Shown here: in pieces, positions 56,582-64,000 of the stretch
How the letters are laid out: every line of letters starts with the position of its first letter
Position numbering within the stretch: position 1 is the stretch's first letter
NCBI GenBank assembly: GCA_002293065.1
Contig: DBCN01000140.1
Span: 464-64,463 of the forward strand
From: Opitutia bacterium UBA957
Lineage (GTDB): Bacteria > Verrucomicrobiota > Verrucomicrobiia > Opitutales > UBA953
DNA length: 64,000 nt
Reading direction: 5' to 3'
Notes under the pieces: model-generated
Databases searched by the model: none
What the model saw: only the letters and a program-made list of their open reading frames with translations
What the model was told of the DNA's origin: nothing
Made by a program: the position numbers and the translations under genes

Positions 56582-57184
56582 GTGACGCCGTCTTTCGAGA
56601 AAGTTCGCCAGCTCCTTCGCCAACTGCCCGGCCTGGGGCATCGTTCCGCCGAGCGGATTGCCTTGCACCTCCTGGTCGAAAAACCGGCCAAGCTCGCGCC
56701 GCTGCTGGCCTCTTTGGAGGCGGCCGCCGGATGCGTCCGACGTTGCGACCGTTGCGGTAGTTTGGCCGAGGCCCCGCTCTGCGAGGTCTGTAGCGATCCC
56801 AAGCGCGATCCGGGCTCCCTTTGCATCGTCGAGCAGGTTCCCGACCTGATGGCCCTGGAGCGTTCCTTGGCTCACCGTGGCACTTACCATGTCCTGCATG
56901 GACGTCTCTCGCCGATCAACGGCATCGGTCCGGAAGACCTCAACCTCACGACCTTGGAGCAGCGTCTACGGGACGAACCCATCACCGAAGTCGTCTTGGC
57001 GCTGGGCAATGACATCGAGGGCGAAGCCACCTGTCACTATGTCCGCGAGTGCATCCATGGCATCCGGGATACCATCAAGGTGTCCCGCATCGGTTTTGGT
57101 CTCCCGAGCGGCAGTGGTTTGACCTTCGCCGATCCCGCGACCTTACGCAGCGCCTTGGAGGGTCGACGCGATGTCGGCGCCTGA
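56582..57184 (+). CDS. recR: recombination protein RecR
   Basis: 200 aa with a GTG start. The HhH motif is LPGLGHRSAERIALHL and the zinc finger is CDRCGSLAEAPLCEVC. A Toprim domain is present. Confidence 0.95.
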   Translation: MTPSFEKVRQLLRQLPGLGHRSAERIALHLLVEKPAKLAPLLASLEAAAGCVRRCDRCGSLAEAPLCEVCSDPKRDPGSLCIVEQVPDLMALERSLAHRGTYHVLHGRLSPINGIGPEDLNLTTLEQRLRDEPITEVVLALGNDIEGEATCHYVRECIHGIRDTIKVSRIGFGLPSGSGLTFADPATLRSALEGRRDVGA

Positions 57185-58331
57185 GTCCAATCGCTTCGGC
57201 TACCCGCCCGCCGCCGAGCAGTTCTGGGTTCGCCAAGCCGAGGTCGCCACCGAACTGTCCGGCGATTTGGCCTTGGAACGGTTGATGCCCTCCGTGGGGA
57301 GGCTGTCGGATCTCTTCACGACCGAGCGCCCCGATAAGACTTTCCCCGATTACTTCGCTGAGCCGAGCTTGCTGGCCGGTTACGGGGTTTTCTTCCTGCC
57401 GCAGAGTTTCACGCGGACTTCCTTCGCGCTATCCTATGCCTTGGATTTCCGGGGCTGGCGCCCACCGAACGATCGCGCACGCATCCTGGACCTGGGGTCC
57501 GGTCCGGGGTCGTGCGGGGTCTCCGTGGCGCATCGCTTGCTTGCCGACGGCGCCCATCGCGTCAGCCTGCATGCCCTCGACAAATCGCCCTCCGCTTTGG
57601 TGGCGCTGGAGAATTTCGCCGAGACGGTCTTGGGGGACAAGGTCGATGTCTCGACCCGCGTGGGCGATGCGAGTCGACCCGCCGCCTGGCCGGAGGAAAC
57701 CTTCGACGTGATCGTGGCCGGTTTCGTGCTCAACGAACTCAAGGACCTCGATGCCGATGGGCTGATGCGCTGGGTCGCGGAACTCAAACGTCGCCTGCAT
57801 CCCGAGGGGCTGCTGATCATCCTGGAGCCGGCCTTGCGGGTGACTTCCGAGCGTCTCCAGCGACTCAGCGATCGCGTCGCGGCGGAGGGGCTGTTGACGC
57901 GCCTCGGTCCCGACCTCGATGCCCTGCCCTGTCCCCAGTTGGCCCAAGGCCTGCATTGGACGCACGAGGCTCGGCGCTGGTCGGCGCCCGTTTCCACGGA
58001 GTTCGTCAACCGCAAGCTGCACCGCGACTTGCGCGAGGTCCGTTTTTCGTTCGCCTTATTCTCGAATCAAACGACTCCGACGGTCGACCCCGCGGCGGTC
58101 CGGGTGGTCTCGGATGTGCAGATCATCAAGGGTATGCTACGTTTCATCGGTATCCAGCGAGGGGCCCTGCAAACGGTGGAAGTGCCCACCCGTGGTCTTT
58201 CGAAGCATGACATCAAGTTGCTCGCCGAAACCTTCGAGCGCGGCGATGTCATCGCCCATGCGCAGGCGCCGGCACCGCGGGTCCGCCTGAGCGGTACCGC
58301 GGAACTGCGGATCGTCTATTCGGCGCGCTAG
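57171..58331 (+). CDS. class I SAM-dependent methyltransferase, Rsm22-like
   Basis: 386 aa. The SAM motif is RILDLGSGPGSCGVSVA, with DVIVAGFVLNEL also present. It has a 14-nt overlap with the recR end. Confidence 0.65.
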   Translation: MSAPESNRFGYPPAAEQFWVRQAEVATELSGDLALERLMPSVGRLSDLFTTERPDKTFPDYFAEPSLLAGYGVFFLPQSFTRTSFALSYALDFRGWRPPNDRARILDLGSGPGSCGVSVAHRLLADGAHRVSLHALDKSPSALVALENFAETVLGDKVDVSTRVGDASRPAAWPEETFDVIVAGFVLNELKDLDADGLMRWVAELKRRLHPEGLLIILEPALRVTSERLQRLSDRVAAEGLLTRLGPDLDALPCPQLAQGLHWTHEARRWSAPVSTEFVNRKLHRDLREVRFSFALFSNQTTPTVDPAAVRVVSDVQIIKGMLRFIGIQRGALQTVEVPTRGLSKHDIKLLAETFERGDVIAHAQAPAPRVRLSGTAELRIVYSAR

Positions 58332-58981
58332 GCCAGCCCCAGGTGCTTGAGGGCTTCCGGCGTGGGCCCATCAAACGTCGCCGTCGGTCGGTTGCCCACG
58401 TACCCAAGTTCCAACATGCCTTGCGGCGTGGTGTAGTAGCCGCCCGCCGCGAGATGGCGAAACCGGTCGAAGAATCTCACCTGAGGTCGGTACGCCGGCG
58501 TCGCGGGGGTCGCGCCGCAGATGGCGTCGGCGATGCCCCCTTGTTGCGCGGCGTTCAGTTCGGCGAAGACGGCCTGATGGCGCTGCTGCGCTTCGGCATC
58601 CAGGAAGTCCAAGCCCGCCAAGATGACGGGACGATCCTTGGCGGTTTGGTCGTAAGGCGAACTGATCCACTCGTCGATGAACTCATGCACCGCGAGTTGC
58701 GAAGGCTTGAGGCCTCCCTCCTCGGGTGGGATGATGAGGTCGGCCAACGCGGCCGCCGCCCGGCGCTGTGCCGGGGACATGAGCAGCGGCCACAGCTCGC
58801 CGGGCTTGTAGTCTTTGTTGAGGACGGGATCGGTGCCGATGGGCTTGCCCGATTTGGTGGGGACTTGGGCCATCGCCAAATCGAGGCGTCCAGCCAAGGC
58901 CATGCCGGCGGCCGCCGCGGCGAGCCACTTCAAGGCGATGCGCCGAGGCATCTGCCGAACGGGGTTTTCGGAGGGGGTCAT
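58328..58981 (-). CDS. gluconate 2-dehydrogenase subunit 3-family protein (Tat-exported small subunit)
   Basis: 217 aa. The twin-arginine signal is MPRRIALKWLAAAAAGMALAG. It lies immediately downstream of a GMC flavoprotein gene. Confidence 0.8.
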   Translation of the reverse strand: MTPSENPVRQMPRRIALKWLAAAAAGMALAGRLDLAMAQVPTKSGKPIGTDPVLNKDYKPGELWPLLMSPAQRRAAAALADLIIPPEEGGLKPSQLAVHEFIDEWISSPYDQTAKDRPVILAGLDFLDAEAQQRHQAVFAELNAAQQGGIADAICGATPATPAYRPQVRFFDRFRHLAAGGYYTTPQGMLELGYVGNRPTATFDGPTPEALKHLGLA

Positions 58982-58995
58982 GTGGGTCGGGTTGC

Positions 58996-60783
58996 TTAGA
59001 GGTTACCTTGGCGCATCTCTTCGATGAGGTGGTCGCAGGCGCGCCACGCGAGCGCCATGATGGTGAGCGTCGGATTCTTGTCGGCGTTGCTGCAGAACGG
59101 GGCGCCATCGTTGATGAGCAGGTTGGGGACGTCCCAGCATTGGTTCCATTGGTTGGTCACGGACCGCTTGCGGTCGGCCCCCATGATGGCCCCGCCGACT
59201 TCATGGATGATGAAACCGCCGGGTTTGATGGCCTTGGCCCCGTCCGTCGCGGGTTTGCCGCCGACCTTCCCACCGATGGCCTCGATCATCCGGGCGAAGG
59301 TTTGGTGCATGTGCAGCGCTTGCTTCAGTTCATGTTCGGAGAACTTCCAGTGGAAACGCAGCACGGGGATGCCCCACTTATCCTTCACGCTCGGGTCGAG
59401 GTCGCAGAAGGAGTCCTTGTTCGGAATCATCTCACCCCGGCCGGAGAAACCGATGAAGCTGCCGTACGTACGCCGAAGGTCTTCCTTGAATGCCTTGCCG
59501 TAGCCGGGTTTGGCGGGACCGGCGACGCCGACGTTGGGCATGCGTCGGCCCGTCGCGAACTCGATGTGGTAACCGCGCGCAAAGTCGAGTTTGCCGGCTT
59601 TCTGTTCCTTGTAGAGCCACCAGGGGACATAGACGTGGTCGCCCGCACCATCCTCGTTGTGGACCGGGAGATTCTCAAACGCGGGCACCTGTCCGCCCAG
59701 GCTCGCCCCCACGGTATCCATGATGTTCTTGCCGACTTCCCCCGAAGAGTTGGCGAGACCGTCGGGGAACTTGGCCGACTTCGAGTTGAGCAGGATCCGC
59801 GCGGACTCGGCGGAGCTAGCCGCGAGAATGACGACGCGGGCTTTGGCGGTGATTTCCCGGCCGGTGACCTTATCGATGAAGGATACGCCGTTCGCTTTGC
59901 CTTGAGCATCCAGCGTGACCGCGCGGGCCATCGCGTTGGGGAGGATGTCCAGGTTCCCCGTGGCCATCGCCGGGGGCAGATGCACCGTGGTGGACTGGTA
60001 GTTGGCCTTGATCGAGCAGCCGCGGCCGCAGTCGGTCGCCCAGAAGCAGGCGGCCCGTTGGCGCATGGCTTCCGCGAGGATGCCTTGCGCGCGAGGGTTG
60101 CCCGGGTGCAGTTTTGCCGGGATGTTGTCGGCGTCTTGCTTGACGCTCAGGATCGCGCGGTGGATCGGAATCACCGGGATGCCGAGCTTGGCGACGTGCT
60201 TCTTGATGTAGAGCTCGCCGGCGCGGGCCTTCGGCGGCGGCAACAGGCAACCCTCGGAAGAGTCGGGCGTGTTTTCCAGACCCTCGTTGGAGCCATAGAC
60301 ACCGATCAACATCTCGACCTTATCGTAGTAGGGGGCGACGTCCTGATAGCTCATGGGCCAATCCACGCCGAGGCCGTCGCGCGAATAGGGTTTGAAGTCA
60401 TAAGGGCCGTTGCGCAGCGAGATGCGGCCCCAGTGATTCGTCCGGCCGCCGAGCATGCGGGCGCGCCACCACCAGAACTTGTTTTCCGCCTCCGTCGAGG
60501 CGTTGGTGTAGGGTTCGTCCGGGACCTGCCAGCCGCCATCCACGGTCGCGTCGTAGAACCCGAACGGTTTGTCCTCCAGGGAAATGCCGCGCAGCGGGGC
60601 GGCGCTGGGCGTCTGGAACATCGCCGTCTCCGTCAGGGGGTCGTAGTTGCGCCCGGCTTCCAGCAGCAAAACTTTCACGCCGTTCATCGTGAGCGTATAG
60701 GCCGATTGACCGCCGCCCGCCCCGGAGCCAACGATGATGACGTCGTAGGAAGCCTTAAGCTCCTTTTCGGAAATGAGGGGCAT
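58996..60783 (-). CDS. GMC-family FAD-dependent oxidoreductase
   Basis: 595 aa. The N-terminal FAD motif is YDVIIVGSGAGGGQSAY and the C-terminal GMC motif is HEVGGAIMG. Confidence 0.9.
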   Translation of the reverse strand: MPLISEKELKASYDVIIVGSGAGGGQSAYTLTMNGVKVLLLEAGRNYDPLTETAMFQTPSAAPLRGISLEDKPFGFYDATVDGGWQVPDEPYTNASTEAENKFWWWRARMLGGRTNHWGRISLRNGPYDFKPYSRDGLGVDWPMSYQDVAPYYDKVEMLIGVYGSNEGLENTPDSSEGCLLPPPKARAGELYIKKHVAKLGIPVIPIHRAILSVKQDADNIPAKLHPGNPRAQGILAEAMRQRAACFWATDCGRGCSIKANYQSTTVHLPPAMATGNLDILPNAMARAVTLDAQGKANGVSFIDKVTGREITAKARVVILAASSAESARILLNSKSAKFPDGLANSSGEVGKNIMDTVGASLGGQVPAFENLPVHNEDGAGDHVYVPWWLYKEQKAGKLDFARGYHIEFATGRRMPNVGVAGPAKPGYGKAFKEDLRRTYGSFIGFSGRGEMIPNKDSFCDLDPSVKDKWGIPVLRFHWKFSEHELKQALHMHQTFARMIEAIGGKVGGKPATDGAKAIKPGGFIIHEVGGAIMGADRKRSVTNQWNQCWDVPNLLINDGAPFCSNADKNPTLTIMALAWRACDHLIEEMRQGNL

Positions 60784-60852
60784 GCCTCATAGACAACCGC
60801 CCGTCGGGAAGGTTGCCAAGGGCTCGTTGCGAAGATGTTACATGGCCGAGGG

Positions 60853-60884
60853 CCCCAAAACGCGGTTTTCAAGCGGTTTTGGGG
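60853..60884. other. 9-bp perfect inverted repeat CCCCAAAAC-N14-GTTTTGGGG with a nested competing AAAAC-GCG-GTTTT hairpin
   Basis: The arms lie at 60853-60861 and 60876-60884, in the 172-nt divergent region between the GMC oxidoreductase and ppk1. A second 7-bp inverted repeat, CCGTACT...AGTACGG, lies closer to the ppk1 ATG. Function is unknown. Confidence 0.3.
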
Positions 60885-60955
60885 TATGGCCGGCCCCTCC
60901 CCCATCGGGTCCGTACTGACATCGGCACGGAACCGCCATAGTACGGGGGGCTGTC

Positions 60956-63025
60956 ATGTTTAATCGCGAACTCAGTTGGCTCACCTTCGATCGCCGCGTG
61001 CTGGAACTCGCGGAGGATGATACCGTTCCCTTGTTGGAGCGTGTCCGTTTCCTCTCCATCGTCAGTTCCAACCTCGACGAGTTCTTTGAGATCCGCGTGG
61101 CCGGCCTCATGCAGCAGGAAGAGTCGGCCACGCACCCGGCGACGCGCGAATTCCTCGAAGCGGTCCTGCGCCAAGCGCACGCCTTGGTCGACGCCCAGCA
61201 GGCCTGCTGGCGCGATCAGCTCCTCCCGGCCTTGGCCAAGGAAGGCATCGTGGTCAAAGCCAAGGAACAGCTTGACGACGCCGATCGCGCGGAGCTCTCG
61301 CCGCGTTTTGATCGCGACATCTTGCCGGCGCTGACACCGTTGGCGATCGACCCTTCGCACCCCTTCCCGGTGCTCACGAACAAAGGGCTGTACCTGCTGG
61401 CCCAGCTGCGCGATCCGGAAACCGGCGAGGTCCGTCGCGCCGTGGTGCCCATCCCGCGCGTGTTGCCGCGCGTCTTGTCCCTCGGCTCCGGCGCGAAGCG
61501 CTCGTTCACCTTGCTCAGCATGGTCATCGAACTCTTCGTGGACCGGCTTTTCCCGGGGCTGGATGTCCTTGGTTCGTGGGCCTTCCGCATCACGCGCAAC
61601 AGCGACCTTTACGTCGACGAGGAGGAGTCGGGCAATCTCCTGGAGACCATCGAAGACGAAATTCGCAACCTGCGTAAAGGCGCGCCGGTGCGCTTGGAAA
61701 TCGAGGCGCAGGCGCCCGATGAGGAGGTGACCTGGCTGCTCAAGTCCATCGGCCTCGGCGCGGATAACGCCTTCCGCTCCGCCGGCCCCGTGAACATGGT
61801 CCGGCTAAGCAGCCTGATCGACCAAGTGGGTCGGCCGGACCTGCTGTATCCCTCGTTCGCGCCGGTCCTTTCGCCCGACTTCACTGACCCGCAGAAGCTC
61901 TACAGCCGCATCGCCAAACACGACCTGCTTCTCCATCATCCGTACGAGTCCTTCAACCCGGTCGTCGACTTCATCCGGCAGGCGGCGCGGGATGAATCGG
62001 TGGTCGCGATCAAGTTGACCCTCTATCGCACCAGCGGCGATTCGCCGGTCGTCGAAGCGCTCAAGGAAGCGGCCCGGAACGGCAAGCAAGTCACCGCGTT
62101 GGTCGAATTGCGCGCCCGCTTTGACGAGCTCAACAACATCGAGTGGGCCCGCCAGCTGGAGGAAGCCGGCGCGCACGTTGTCTACGGCCTCGCGGGCCTG
62201 AAGACGCATTGCAAGGCCTGCTTGGTGGTGCGGCAGGAAAAGGGCGGTCTCCGTCGGTACGCCCATCTCGGTACGGGTAACTACAACCCCAAGACCGCCC
62301 GGCTCTATACGGACTTTTCCTTGTTCACCGCCGACGAAGAAGTCACGGCCGACGTGGGCCTGCTCTTCAATGTCCTGACGGGCAATCTCGCCAAGCCGAA
62401 GTTCAAGCATCTCCTCGTCGCCCCCTTCGACCTCCATCGCGGCATCATCGACCTCATCAATGCGGAGGCCTCGGCCGCGCAGCACGGGCGCAAGGCGACC
62501 ATCTTCGCGAAAGTGAACAGCTTGGTCGATCCCGATGTCATCAAGGCCCTCTACAAGGCCTCGCAGGCCGGCGTGAAGGTGGACCTCGTGGTCCGGGGCG
62601 TTTGTTGCCTCATCCCGGGCGTCGCGGGCAAGAGCGAAAATATCCGCGTCCGCAGCGTCCTCGGGCGCTTCCTCGAGCACAGCCGCCTGTTCCGGTTTGA
62701 GAACACCGGCGGCGATCCGGTCATCCTCATGGGCAGCGCCGACTGGATGCCGCGCAATTTCTTGCGCCGCGTCGAATGCATCTTCCCGATCCGGAGCAAG
62801 CACCTCCGCAAGCGCGTGGAGCAGGAGATTCTGGGGACCTACGCCGAGCGTCTCGGCGACGCCAAGTTCCTGCAGTCGGAGGGCGCCTATCGTTCCGCCC
62901 TGGAAGTCGGTCGGCGCGGACCATCGGCCCAAGACGCGTTCCTGGGGCTGGCCAATCACCTGCAGCCGGAGCCGGTCAGCGCTGCGCCGAAGGCCCGAGG
63001 CAGATCCGTTCGACGGCCGCGTTGA
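60956..63025 (+). CDS. ppk1: polyphosphate kinase 1
   Basis: 689 aa. The N-terminus is MFNRELSWLTFDRRVLELAED..LLERVRFLSIVSSNLDEFFEIRV. Further motifs are AHLGTGNYN and two PLD-like C-terminal domains. Confidence 0.95.
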   Translation: MFNRELSWLTFDRRVLELAEDDTVPLLERVRFLSIVSSNLDEFFEIRVAGLMQQEESATHPATREFLEAVLRQAHALVDAQQACWRDQLLPALAKEGIVVKAKEQLDDADRAELSPRFDRDILPALTPLAIDPSHPFPVLTNKGLYLLAQLRDPETGEVRRAVVPIPRVLPRVLSLGSGAKRSFTLLSMVIELFVDRLFPGLDVLGSWAFRITRNSDLYVDEEESGNLLETIEDEIRNLRKGAPVRLEIEAQAPDEEVTWLLKSIGLGADNAFRSAGPVNMVRLSSLIDQVGRPDLLYPSFAPVLSPDFTDPQKLYSRIAKHDLLLHHPYESFNPVVDFIRQAARDESVVAIKLTLYRTSGDSPVVEALKEAARNGKQVTALVELRARFDELNNIEWARQLEEAGAHVVYGLAGLKTHCKACLVVRQEKGGLRRYAHLGTGNYNPKTARLYTDFSLFTADEEVTADVGLLFNVLTGNLAKPKFKHLLVAPFDLHRGIIDLINAEASAAQHGRKATIFAKVNSLVDPDVIKALYKASQAGVKVDLVVRGVCCLIPGVAGKSENIRVRSVLGRFLEHSRLFRFENTGGDPVILMGSADWMPRNFLRRVECIFPIRSKHLRKRVEQEILGTYAERLGDAKFLQSEGAYRSALEVGRRGPSAQDAFLGLANHLQPEPVSAAPKARGRSVRRPR

Positions 63026-64000
63026 AGCCGTCACGGTCGCCGAGGATCTCCACCTCGAGCCGGATGAAGACCAAGGGAATGGGTGGACGGAAGCGGCCTT
63101 GGATGCGGACCGCATCTTTTTCCGTCGTGACGATCATCTCGGCCTTGGCGCGCAAGGCTCGGTCCAGGACTTCGTCCAAGTCTTCGTCGTTGAAGGCATG
63201 GTGGTCGAGGAAGCGACGGTTCGCGACGATGACGGCCCCTTGCCCGCGTAGGGTCTCCTCGAAACGCTCCGGGGTCGCGATGCCGGAGAACGAGGCCACC
63301 CGTTTGCCTTGGAGGCTCGCCAAGGACACGGCTACGCCTGACTCGAGGTCGACCAACTCCTTCGCCGTATGGGCGCAGGCGATGATTTCGGCGCGAGGGT
63401 TATGCCGACGGATCAGGCTGACTAATGCCTCCGCCGGCGGGCCGGAGGACTTGGTGATGAAGACATAGGACGCGCGGCTCAGGTTGGAGATGGGCTCCCG
63501 GAGGATGCCGCGCGGCAGCATGGCCCCGTTGCCGAAAGGGTCATGGCTATCCACGAGCAAGAGATTGATCTGACCGCGCAACGGGAGGTATTGGAGTCCA
63601 TCATCGAGGAGGATGGTATCCACCCCGAAACGGCGTAGGGCGAAGCGCCCGCCTTCGACGCGGTCACGGTCCACGATGACGACCACGCCCGTGTCGGTGA
63701 GGTTGGCCGCCATCATATAAGGCTCATCTCCGGCTTCATCCGGCCCGATCAGGACCTTTTTGCCGTCCGAAACCACCAACGGGTCGGGACGGCTACCCTG
63801 CGTCAGCCAGCGCCAAAAGCGCTTGGCCATGGAATCCGACGCCCCTTTGTAGCCACGGGAGAGAATCGCCACTTTTCGCCCACGCTGTGCGAGGACCCGG
63901 GCCATTTTCATGACGATGGGGGTCTTCCCCGTCCCCCCCACGGTCAAATTTCCTACGACGACGACCTTGCACCCCAGCGGGGTGTCCCGAAAGAGGCGGT
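62976..64000 (-). CDS. lpxK: tetraacyldisaccharide 4'-kinase; the 5' end lies beyond the window end
   Basis: Manual translation at the window edge gives [29 protein letters not shown] (P-loop). The 'M' in the ORF track is an internal TTG. The 3' end overlaps the ppk1 3' end by 50 nt. Confidence 0.85.
   Translation of the reverse strand, partial: RLFRDTPLGCKVVVVGNLTVGGTGKTPIVMKMARVLAQRGRKVAILSRGYKGASDSMAKRFWRWLTQGSRPDPLVVSDGKKVLIGPDEAGDEPYMMAANLTDTGVVVIVDRDRVEGGRFALRRFGVDTILLDDGLQYLPLRGQINLLLVDSHDPFGNGAMLPRGILREPISNLSRASYVFITKSSGPPAEALVSLIRRHNPRAEIIACAHTAKELVDLESGVAVSLASLQGKRVASFSGIATPERFEETLRGQGAVIVANRRFLDHHAFNDEDLDEVLDRALRAKAEMIVTTEKDAVRIQGRFRPPIPLVFIRLEVEILGDRDGFNAAVERICLGPSAQR

Overview
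This is a gene-dense, strongly GC-rich chromosomal segment with about 56 protein-coding genes and 2 tRNA genes. I saw no rRNA, CRISPR array, transposase, integrase or large non-coding stretch. The gene content points to a PVC-superphylum bacterium, probably Verrucomicrobiota-like. That is an inference from a DUF1501 / PSCyt-DUF1549-DUF1553 gene pair, a PVC-type heme-binding CxxCH 'membrane-bound dehydrogenase' protein and a PmoA-like DUF6807 protein.

Most of the window is housekeeping:
- **Cell envelope:** glmM, a GlmU-like acetyltransferase, glmS, mreB-mreC-mreD-mrdA, uppP, murJ, an AmpD-like amidase lipoprotein, a YkuD L,D-transpeptidase and lpxK.
- **Biosynthesis:** asd, trpB, hisF, hisC, nadB, panE and menF.
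- **Translation:** hisS, metG, dtd, a TrmH-family methyltransferase and tRNA-Lys CTT and TTT.
- **DNA transactions:** mutS, ybaB-recR, an IHF/HU protein, a PhoH/PIN ATPase and ppk1.
- **Catabolism:** one DeoR-linked rhamnulose-type operon (class II aldolase, rhamnulokinase, bifunctional aldolase/SDR).

Gene starts were fixed by hand from N-terminal motifs and stop/start coupling. Many long ORFs in the track are antisense shadows and were rejected.

I do not see a convincing novel multi-gene system such as a defence island, mobile element or biosynthetic cluster. The leads most worth a second look are:
1. A glmM-X-glmS operon whose middle gene carries only the GlmU-type acetyltransferase half.
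2. A single ORF fusing a HAD phosphatase to a DciA/DUF721-like domain.
3. A 607-aa protein I cannot assign to a family, preceded by an AT-rich palindrome with TTACGAT repeats.
4. A double zinc-ribbon ORF that runs into the 3' end of a tRNA-Lys gene.
5. Short repeat or palindrome elements in the few AT-rich divergent promoter regions.
6. Every one of the nine convergent gene junctions is abutting or overlapping, with no recognisable terminator.

All family assignments rest on motif recognition by eye and need HMM or BLAST confirmation.
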